Shown here: positions 15,801 through 22,267 of the stretch, piece after piece
How the letters are laid out: the number at the start of each line of letters is the position of its first letter
How positions within the stretch are numbered: position 1 is the first letter of the stretch
Origin: an uncultured Candidatus Cloacimonas sp.
GTDB lineage: Bacteria > Cloacimonadota > Cloacimonadia > Cloacimonadales > Cloacimonadaceae
Assembly: GCA_964588075.1 (NCBI GenBank)
Contig: CAZPNU010000027.1
Location: 1 to 29,238, forward strand
Reading direction: 5' to 3'
Length of the DNA: 29,238 bases
Translations under genes and position numbers: made by a program
The notes under the pieces: generated by a model
Seen by the model: only the letters and a program-made list of their open reading frames with translations
Database searches by the model: none
Told to the model about the DNA's origin: nothing

Positions 15801-16069
15801 TCTCAGAAGGAAAGCAATATGTTCACTTCATTGAACCTCACGGTCTGATGCATGAAGGTGTAAACAGCGAGAAAATCCAGTTCCACAAGCGCATCAAGGA
15901 GATTGAGACCAGGCTTGGCGATCCCAATGTGATCCTTAGTAGCTGGATATTGTCCTGGACTCCCAAACAAGAGCTAAAGCTCCGTGGGTATGATCCAGAC
16001 GAGTATCTGAAGAATAATGTGGTGTTTATGGAAGATGATGAGTACATCAACAATCTAATAAGGACATAG
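12842..16069 (+). CDS. Res-like SF2 helicase (Type III restriction Res family) with a C-terminal PD-ExK-like nuclease motif
   Basis: Motif I ATGSGKT (aa 172-178, nt 13355-13375). Motif II DEGH (aa 274-277, nt 13661-13672). Motif III YSATF. Then EGWD and motif [11 protein letters not shown] (from nt 14663). The C-terminus reads FHPDFILWI...VHFIEPHG (D981, E998, H1000). The start overlaps the previous stop as TAATG. Confidence 0.8.
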   Translation: [1075 protein letters not shown]

Positions 16070-16207
16070 GCTTAACAGGTAGTAGAAAGTTATTATTAGG
16101 GGCGAGATATGAACATACTGCTAGTGACTACCGGATACGTTCGAGACAGTATATTTGTGTTCAGGCGTTACATTGATACTTTTGGCGATTAAACCGAGAT
16201 ATGAGAA

Positions 16208-16246
16208 TCCATATATCGATTTGAAGCCACCAAATCGATATATGGA
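16208..16246. repeat. Perfect 15-bp-stem palindrome with a 9-nt loop
   Basis: TCCATATATCGATTT (16208-16222), GAAGCCACC loop, AAATCGATATATGGA (16232-16246). A third, direct half-site TCTATAATTCGATTT lies at 16249-16263 (12/15). Confidence 0.9.
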
Positions 16247-16303
16247 ATTCTATAATTCGATTTAGTACACCATTTCCTCAAGATAGCTCTCTTTAATTCT
16301 CTT

Positions 16304-16368
16304 TTGTGTTGCACCAAATGCCGTTTCATGCAACACAAACTGATTAATGTGTATTTCATGCAACACAA
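16304..16368. repeat. Three copies of TGCAACACAA (one inverted, two direct within a 15-nt repeat)
   Basis: TTGTGTTGCA at 16304-16313 is the inverted copy. TTTCATGCAACACAA occurs at 16324-16338 and again at 16354-16368, a 30-nt spacing. Confidence 0.85.
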
Positions 16369-16646
16369 GGTAGGCATCATCAAGAAAGACAAAATGATAA
16401 CAAATTGGTGTGCTCTGTTTGGTTTTGAAGTTTTGGTCGCTGTTACCGTTATCTATCATATGGGCATTGCCGAAGCAATCTTCTTCTAATTACAATAATT
16501 CTATTACCCCTACGTCCCGTAGAAGGTGCGCAATCCGGGTTGAGGAAGTGTTTCCATATCCGGGGCTATCGGGAGGGAATAATTATCTTGCCAGAAAACA
16601 GAGGGTAGGATAGTAATAACCCAATTGAAAATCAGAGGAGATAGAT

Positions 16647-17090
16647 ATGAAACAAATCATGCTGGTAATGGTTTTGATACTTCTTGGCACAATGTTGGCG
16701 GCTACCCGTCTGGATGATGAATTGAGTAACATTTACTCTCAAAGCACGATTATGGAACATGAGGACGACACTGTGCTGATTGGAGATGGCTATCTGGAAA
16801 GCGAAAGCAGCGCTTATGAATATGTGGCAATATGTTGCATGATGCTACTCTATGCCAGGGAAGGTTGGGATAGCTACAATTCCTCAAGTGCGTGGGTGAA
16901 AAACATTGATTCTGTGGCTGCAATCTGGGCAACAGAGTATCAGGAATTTCTGGTGGAAATGCCCATTTCTGAAATCCGTAATCAATTTAGTGATGCTCAG
17001 GAAGAGTATGACACCGCCGACGAGATCCTGGATGCCATCAGGAGTTATGTGGATTATCACGGAGACGTGAGCCCTCTCTCCATGTGGTAA
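16647..17090 (+). CDS. Hypothetical small secreted protein
   Basis: RBS AGGAG precedes the ATG. N-terminal signal-like segment MKQIMLVMVLILLGTMLAA. No recognisable motif. Confidence 0.55.
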   Translation: MKQIMLVMVLILLGTMLAATRLDDELSNIYSQSTIMEHEDDTVLIGDGYLESESSAYEYVAICCMMLLYAREGWDSYNSSSAWVKNIDSVAAIWATEYQEFLVEMPISEIRNQFSDAQEEYDTADEILDAIRSYVDYHGDVSPLSMW

Positions 17091-17093
17091 GCT

Positions 17094-18224
17094 TTAATAA
17101 CCTTCCTGTAGATATTGGAAGTAGTTGCCGGGGTTTATCAGCTTCAGCTCCGCTTGGGGGTAGGCATTTTGGAAAGCCCTTGCCCGGGCAACTTTCTTGG
17201 GATTCCATTTTAGCTCATACGCGGTGATAACCGAGTTTAGCACTTCCAGATAGTCCACATCTCCGGAGCTTTTGGAGCGCCAGAAGAATGGCTGTGCCAA
17301 GAGTTTAAGGTAATCCCGCTTTTTGAACAATTCGGATACGATGTAGTTTTCCCACAACTTCCCGATATCGTCCCGCAGTTCCACAGGACGATAGTCCGAG
17401 ATTAAGGCGTTTCGAATGCCATTATCCCAAAAGTATATTTTGCGGGATCGCTTTATCTCGTTCCTAAGATTCGAGCTGAAGTTCGGAAGACGGAAAAGCA
17501 CGAAGGCTCGTTCCAATATTCCGATGTAACGCTCCACGGTGGAACGGTCAGAATCCACTAATTGAGCAAGCTCGTGATATGAAACTTCGGACGAAACCTG
17601 AAAGGCTAAGGCACGGAGGAGCTTCTCCACCAGTTCCGGTCTGCGGAGATCGTGCAAAGCAAATACATCTTTGTATAGATAGCTGGAGCTTAGGTTTGCC
17701 AGTATCTCTTGTTCATTACCCGGATTGGTCACCACCTCCGGATAGGCACCATAAACAAGGCGGAGCTTTAGATGCTTAATCTCTTCCATCGGCTCTGTGT
17801 TCCCGGCAAGCTCTTGAAATGCCAAGGGATATAAGTTATATTCCCACTTTCTGCCGGTTAGAGGTTCATTAAGTTTGTCCGATAGCTCAAAAGAAGATGA
17901 ACCGCTTGCGATAACCTGAACATCGGGGATGTTATCCACGATAATCTTGAGGTTTAGCCCTGCATTATCAATGCGCTGTGCTTCGTCTATAAGTATTAGC
18001 TTCTTTGTCCCTATTACACTTCGCAGCACAGATGAATTTTGGGAGGAAAAGAGGTCTCTAACCTCCCGTTCATCACAATTGTAGTAAGCACCATGTTCCG
18101 GATAAGAAGCCAGAATCTGCCTTAAGAGAGTTGTTTTCCCGCTTTGCCGAGGTCCAAAGATAAGCACAAGCTTCCCGCTGAAGAGTTTGCTTTTTATCTT
18201 ATCCTCGATGATGCGTTTTATCAT
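17094..18224 (-). CDS. AAA-family ATPase with a DUF4143-type C-terminal region
   Basis: Walker A GPRQSGKTTLL and Walker B LILIDEAQ. The length and C-terminal layout are typical of the AAA_14 + DUF4143 family. Confidence 0.8.
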   Translation of the reverse strand: MIKRIIEDKIKSKLFSGKLVLIFGPRQSGKTTLLRQILASYPEHGAYYNCDEREVRDLFSSQNSSVLRSVIGTKKLILIDEAQRIDNAGLNLKIIVDNIPDVQVIASGSSSFELSDKLNEPLTGRKWEYNLYPLAFQELAGNTEPMEEIKHLKLRLVYGAYPEVVTNPGNEQEILANLSSSYLYKDVFALHDLRRPELVEKLLRALAFQVSSEVSYHELAQLVDSDRSTVERYIGILERAFVLFRLPNFSSNLRNEIKRSRKIYFWDNGIRNALISDYRPVELRDDIGKLWENYIVSELFKKRDYLKLLAQPFFWRSKSSGDVDYLEVLNSVITAYELKWNPKKVARARAFQNAYPQAELKLINPGNYFQYLQEGY

Positions 18225-18283
18225 ATTGATACCTCTGAAGATAAGCTACATTATCGTGGATTTGTGTCAAGTATTATCTCTTC

Positions 18284-18360
18284 ATTTTGCGGTTATACCC
18301 ACAAATAAACCTATAATTTTGCGGTTATACCCACAAAAAAACCTGTCATTTTGCGGTTAG
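18284..18360. repeat. 32-bp tandem repeat, about 2.4 copies, upstream of the AAA ATPase gene
   Basis: Units lie at 18284-18315, 18316-18347 (29/32 identical) and a partial unit at 18348-18360. The core is ATTTTGCGGTTATACCCACAAA. The array is 60-136 nt upstream of the minus-strand start at 18224. Confidence 0.9.
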
Positions 18361-18739
18361 GCGATATGTGTTAGGCAAACTCCCCGATGTAATGGCAATT
18401 TTTACGGATAACCTGAGGCTTCACAAAAATAATTCCAAAATCTGTCACCTATCCCCGGATTTGTCACCCGCATAATTGTGAAGGCAGGTAAAACTTGCCA
18501 AGCTCTTTGATTCAGAACATAGAGTGTATAAGTGTGTTAGCGGTGTTGAGGCAACACTATCCCGGTTCTGCGAATTATAATGCCGGATATGGGAATAAAA
18601 GCTTTGTGTATCTGTGGAGCAAAGTGAGCTAAGTATGCTTCCGAGCAGGCAATCCCATATCTGCAAACAGGGATAAATCCACTTTTTTCTTGACAGAAAC
18701 AGGGCTACTAAATTTGGTGAAAAAACTTAACCGAAAATC

Positions 18740-18814
18740 GGTCCAGTAACTCAGTGGTAGAGTATCTGCCTTTTAAGCAGAGAGTCGGCAGTTCGAGCCT
18801 GCCCTGGATCACCA
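18740..18814 (+). tRNA. tRNA-Lys (anticodon UUU), CCA encoded
   Basis: Manual cloverleaf. Acceptor GGTCCAG/CTGGATC. Anticodon arm TCTGC-CTTTTAA-GCAGA. T arm GGCAG-TTCGAGC-CTGCC. Ends in ACCA. Confidence 0.9.
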
Positions 18815-18820
18815 GTTTGC

Positions 18821-18895
18821 GACCCCTTCGTCTATCGGTCAGGACTCAAGATTTTCATTCTTGCAAGAGGGGTTCGATTCCCCTAGGGGTCGCCA
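18821..18895 (+). tRNA. tRNA-Glu (anticodon UUC), CCA encoded
   Basis: Acceptor GACCCCT/AGGGGTC. Anticodon arm CAAGA-TTTTCAT-TCTTG. T arm AGGGG-TTCGATT-CCCCT. Ends in GCCA. Confidence 0.9.
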
Positions 18896-18940
18896 GATTA
18901 TTTTCGGTGTAGCCATTATGAAAACAACAATAAAGCTTCT

Positions 18941-19016
18941 GTCCCGTTCGTCTAGTGGCCTAGGACTCGTGATTCTCAGTCACGCAACAGGGGTTCGATT
19001 CCCCTACGGGATGCCA
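18941..19016 (+). tRNA. tRNA-Glu (anticodon CUC), CCA encoded
   Basis: Acceptor GTCCCGT/ACGGGAT, with a G1-U72 wobble. Anticodon arm CGTGA-TTCTCAG-TCACG. T arm AGGGG-TTCGATT-CCCCT. Ends in GCCA. Confidence 0.85.
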
Positions 19017-19092
19017 TTTTGCTCTGCCCTTGGCACAAAACTTGCACCAATCTGTAGCAACTGAATCACAAAGGATAGTTTAATAAAAAATC

Positions 19093-20004
19093 ATGTCCCA
19101 CGAATTTCTACCTCCGCACAAGCTTAAGATAAGTTATCAAATAACCCCGGATGGGGAAGAGCGTTATTTGCTGTTACCCCGCTGGAGCTTTGCTGTGTTT
19201 ATGCTGTTAGTGGCATTGTTAGTGGGATCATCACTATTCAGTTTGGTGCATGGGCGGGGCTTATCTCGCCGGACTGCCAAGTTGGAGCAGTTGGAGATAG
19301 AGAACATCAGTCTGCGTAACAAGGTGGATTTCTATGCGGCAACGGTAGATTCCATCTATGTGATGCTGGATACCTTAAGGGTAAAGACCGAAGCAACGGA
19401 GAAGGTTTATCCCTCTTACAGCCCTGATATCAAAGCCAAACAAACTGATTTTGCTTATGATCCTGCTCTGAAAAATCAGATAAACGATCTGGAGCAGAAG
19501 TTGGTGTATATCCTTTCTTATGTATCGCATCCGGAATTGGGTAATGCTGTGGTTTATGGCTTGCCGGAAGGGGAGCTTACCCCGGATAGCATGCCTTCCA
19601 TCTATCCCAGCTTTGGGCGCATCTCGGATGGTTGGGGCTTGCGGGTGCACCCTATTAGCAACGAAATAGAATTCCACTTTGGGATTGATATTGCCAATCA
19701 GGCAGGCACTCCGGTTTATGCCACTGCCAAAGGCGTGGTAAGCAAGCAAGATTATGACACCGGTTATGGCAAGCGTCTTATGATAAATCACGAGAATGGA
19801 TACGAAACCATTTATGCCCATCTTTACAGCTATTTGGTGCGCATGGGAGAAGAAGTAAGCAAGGGACAGATTATCGGTTTGATGGGAAACTCGGGGAGAT
19901 CAACAGGACCTCATCTGCATTATGAAGTGCGACGACACGAGGAAAAGCTTAACCCCACCGCCTATCTCAATCGGATTGACGAACCCGCTTATGCAGTGCG
20001 CTGA
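19093..20004 (+). CDS. M23-family (LytM-type) metallopeptidase with an N-terminal membrane anchor
   Basis: HFGIDIA (HxxxD), GTPVYA, and GNSGRSTGPHLHYEV (HxH) motifs. A TM segment lies near the N-terminus. Confidence 0.85.
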   Translation: MSHEFLPPHKLKISYQITPDGEERYLLLPRWSFAVFMLLVALLVGSSLFSLVHGRGLSRRTAKLEQLEIENISLRNKVDFYAATVDSIYVMLDTLRVKTEATEKVYPSYSPDIKAKQTDFAYDPALKNQINDLEQKLVYILSYVSHPELGNAVVYGLPEGELTPDSMPSIYPSFGRISDGWGLRVHPISNEIEFHFGIDIANQAGTPVYATAKGVVSKQDYDTGYGKRLMINHENGYETIYAHLYSYLVRMGEEVSKGQIIGLMGNSGRSTGPHLHYEVRRHEEKLNPTAYLNRIDEPAYAVR

Positions 20005-20644
20005 TGCCCCCAAGCGGGCATATCTTTTTACTAATCACGCCCCCCGGCAAATAGTTTCCGGCTACGAAAATATATCCCCTCTGGATGGCATTATTGCCGT
20101 GGATAACGGGTTAGCTTGCATATGCGAGTTGGCTTTGAGCCCTTCAGTGATTATCGGCGACATGGATTCTGTAGCAAAACAGCTTTTGGCAAGTTACCAT
20201 CAGGTTCCAAACATCATCCACCCCGCCGAGAAAAAGGAGACGGATACAGAACTGGCTATCAAGTGGGCTATAGAACAAGGTTATACGGAATTGGTAATCT
20301 GTAACGATATGCAGGGACGCTTTGATCATGCCCTGGCGATTGTGCAAAACCTGCTATTGGCAGTTGGCAGCAATGTGCGGATAAGGGTGGAAAGCGAGAA
20401 TCAGGTGCTATTCACCATCTGCGGAAAGCACATTCTATCGGGCTATATGGGGCAAACATTATCTCTGATACCTCTAAGCGACAAAGTGGAGTTTATCAAT
20501 TCGCGAGGGCTGAAGTATTCTCTTTTGAGCCTGTGTATCGACAAAGAACAAAGCCGGGGCATTAGCAACGAAATTGAAACCGACACAGCAGAGATTGAAG
20601 TCCAAAGTGGTGTGGCTTTGGCAATTGTTACACTTTCTAATTGA
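19991..20644 (+). CDS. thiN: Thiamine pyrophosphokinase
   Basis: IIGDMDSV and KKETDTELAI motifs, with size typical of the TPK family. I place the start at ATG 19991; the ORF-track start at 19922 lies deep inside the M23 gene. Confidence 0.7.
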   Translation: MQCADAPKRAYLFTNHAPRQIVSGYENISPLDGIIAVDNGLACICELALSPSVIIGDMDSVAKQLLASYHQVPNIIHPAEKKETDTELAIKWAIEQGYTELVICNDMQGRFDHALAIVQNLLLAVGSNVRIRVESENQVLFTICGKHILSGYMGQTLSLIPLSDKVEFINSRGLKYSLLSLCIDKEQSRGISNEIETDTAEIEVQSGVALAIVTLSN

Positions 20645-20669
20645 CAAAAACAGATAACCTCTGTAAACA
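20641..20669 (+). promoter_or_regulatory. Candidate promoter for the xseB-ispA-dut-nadA block
   Basis: TTGACA at 20641-20646, a 17-nt spacer, then TAAACA at 20664-20669. This is about 30 nt upstream of the GTG start at 20701, with RBS GGGAGAG. Confidence 0.4.
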
Positions 20670-20700
20670 GGCGTGAAATAGATAATGGGAGAGATTTATC

Positions 20701-20943
20701 GTGAGTGCCATAACAGATAAAATTAGCCCCCTGAGCTTCGAATCTGCCCTGGAAGAGTTGGAAAGCATTGTAGAAAGACTTTCTGCGGGAGATACCAAGC
20801 TGGATGAACTGCTTAGATTATACGAGGAAGGCGTTGCTTACCTGAATCACTGCCAAAGCCGTTTGGGAGAGGCAGAAGCCAAGATAAAACTGCTGAGTGC
20901 ACAGATAGCGGATCCCAAGGCTGCGGAGGATGTAAATGGATAG
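20701..20943 (+). CDS. xseB: Exodeoxyribonuclease VII small subunit
   Basis: 80 aa. FESALEELESIVERLSAGDTKLDELLRLYEEGV matches the XseB consensus. Confidence 0.85.
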   Translation: MSAITDKISPLSFESALEELESIVERLSAGDTKLDELLRLYEEGVAYLNHCQSRLGEAEAKIKLLSAQIADPKAAEDVNG

Positions 20944-21826
20944 GAAAATACTGCTTAAAAAAGACATGAAAGAAAAGCAGGAGTTGGTGAATATCATTCT
21001 GGACAGATTTCTCCCCCGCAAAGATGAATATCCCAAAGAGATACATAAAGCTATCCGCTACAGCGTGTTTGCAGGTGGAAAGCGTTTGCGTCCCTACCTG
21101 ACCCTGTTGGCATTTGGGATGTATAACGAGGATGTGGAACTGATAACCCCAGTGGCAGCCGCAATTGAGATGATTCACACCTTTTCTCTGATCCACGATG
21201 ACCTGCCGGATATAGATGACGACGAATACCGCAGAGGTAAGAAATCCTGCCATGCCATGTTTGGCGAAGGTGTTGCCCTGCTTGCAGGAGATGCCTTGTT
21301 GATAAGTGCGTTTGAGCTTATAACCCTGGCAGAGATTGATGCAACTCTTAGGGTGCAATTTATTCGTGAACTGGCTCAGGAAGTGGGTATTAAAGGCTTG
21401 ATTGCCGGGCAAATGGTAGATATCGAATCCGAAGGCAAAAAAGTGGATAAAAAGACTTTGAATTACATCCACGAGAATAAAACTGCCCGCCTGATAAACA
21501 TCTGTTTACGCTTTGGTGCCATGGCTGGTGGTGCGCCGGATAACGAACTGAAGCTGATTGAGGAATATGGCAAGTTGATTGGCTTGGTGTTCCAGATTGT
21601 GGACGATTTGCTGGATATCGAGGGCTCTCAAGAGGAGCTTGGAAAGAGCATTGGCAAGGATGCGGGAGTGAACAAGGCAACCTTCCCTTCGGTTTATGGA
21701 ATAGAGGAATCCCGTGCCAAAGCTGCGGAACTGACCGAAAAAGCAAGGCAGATAATTGCTCCCTTAGGAGAGAAAGCTTTAAAACTGGATATCCTGGCAG
21801 AATACCTTTTAACCCGCAAATCATGA
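20936..21826 (+). CDS. ispA: Polyprenyl (farnesyl/geranylgeranyl) diphosphate synthase
   Basis: First DDxxD-type motif LIHDDLPDIDDDEYRRGK and second motif FQIVDDLLD. Chain-length specificity is not determinable by eye. Confidence 0.85.
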   Translation: MDRKILLKKDMKEKQELVNIILDRFLPRKDEYPKEIHKAIRYSVFAGGKRLRPYLTLLAFGMYNEDVELITPVAAAIEMIHTFSLIHDDLPDIDDDEYRRGKKSCHAMFGEGVALLAGDALLISAFELITLAEIDATLRVQFIRELAQEVGIKGLIAGQMVDIESEGKKVDKKTLNYIHENKTARLINICLRFGAMAGGAPDNELKLIEEYGKLIGLVFQIVDDLLDIEGSQEELGKSIGKDAGVNKATFPSVYGIEESRAKAAELTEKARQIIAPLGEKALKLDILAEYLLTRKS

Positions 21827-22257
21827 TGTTTATTTTTACCAGGCTAAGTAAAACTGCCACCGTCCCGCAGCGCATGACGCAAAATGCCTCCGGTTTTGAC
21901 CTTTTTGCCGATATTGAGGAGCCCATAATCCTGCAGCCGGGAGATATCTTTGCCGTTCCCACGGGGATTGCCATGCATATACCTGAAGGGTTTGAGGGGC
22001 AGGTTCGCCCCCGCAGCGGATTGGCACTGAAGCACGGAATAACGGTGCTGAACAGTCCCGGGACTATTGATGCGGATTACCGGGGTGAGATTAAAGTGAT
22101 ATTGATCAATATGGGTAGAAGCCCTTTTATTTTGGAACCTAAGATGCGCATTGCACAGTTGGTGTTTTGTCCTGTGGCAACGCCAATGCTAGTTGAAGCA
22201 GAAGAACTTGATGCCAGTGACCGGCAAGCCGGTGGATTTGGACACACCGGCAACTGA
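21823..22257 (+). CDS. dut: dUTP diphosphatase
   Basis: ASGFDL, RSGLALKHGI and GTIDADYRGEI motifs, plus C-terminal GGFGHTG. Confidence 0.9.
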   Translation: MMFIFTRLSKTATVPQRMTQNASGFDLFADIEEPIILQPGDIFAVPTGIAMHIPEGFEGQVRPRSGLALKHGITVLNSPGTIDADYRGEIKVILINMGRSPFILEPKMRIAQLVFCPVATPMLVEAEELDASDRQAGGFGHTGN

Positions 22258-22267
22258 TGAGGCGAAG

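Noticed and set aside
4147-16069. Classifying the locus as class 1 DISARM or as BREX
   Set aside because: The SNF2-plus-adenine-MTase pairing is DISARM-like. However, I see no DUF1998-type gene, no PLD HxKxxxxD motif and no DrmA-like second helicase besides the Res-like protein. For BREX there is no PglZ phosphatase or BrxC ATPase. I kept it as 'Type III-like core with extras' pending HMM searches.
16109-16192. 27-aa ORF MNILLVTTGYVRDSIFVFRRYIDTFGD with AGGGG upstream, and the 60-67-aa ORFs at 16189-16489
   Set aside because: They are too short and mutually overlapping on both strands, with no recognisable motif. They are possibly remnants of a truncated gene but are not supportable as features.
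17088-17096. Convergent genes 16647..17090 and 17094..18224 separated by only 3 nt with no terminator
   Set aside because: This is real in the sequence but unremarkable. Compact convergent gene ends are common, and no structure is present to interpret.
18690-18718. TTGACA at 18690-18695 as a promoter for the tRNA cluster
   Set aside because: There is no acceptable -10 hexamer at 16-18 nt spacing. TAAATT lies only 13 nt away, and the 17-nt position reads TTTGGT. It is not reported as a feature.
16070-19016. Defence locus as a tRNA-integrated genomic island
   Set aside because: There is no integrase or recombinase gene anywhere in the window. I could find no direct repeat of a tRNA 3' end near 3914-4146 or 16070-16200. 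The tRNAs are also oriented with their 5' ends toward the locus, not the usual 3'-end attachment geometry.
18861-19064. 67-aa plus-strand ORF
   Set aside because: It overlaps tRNA-Glu(UUC) and tRNA-Glu(CUC), so it is a by-product of the tRNA sequences.
19922-19990. N-terminal extensions of thiN (19922), nadA (22193), pgsA (24580) and the NPPW methyltransferase (23170 TTG)
   Set aside because: Each extension overlaps the 3' end of the preceding gene by 18-83 nt. Internal ATGs give family-typical N-termini (RAYLF..., MNSDLITKIQELK..., MKRNLPNALT...). For 23170 versus 23188 the choice remains uncertain.
20813-21974. Long minus-strand ORFs (20813..21472, 219 aa; 21390..21974, 194 aa), and likewise 24973..25518 (181 aa), 19375..19821, 22817..23260 and 27487..27918
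   Set aside because: They lie antisense to well-supported genes with clear catalytic motifs (ispA, dut, pgsA, M23, nadA, TPR). Their translations are low-complexity with no motifs. These are typical shadow ORFs.
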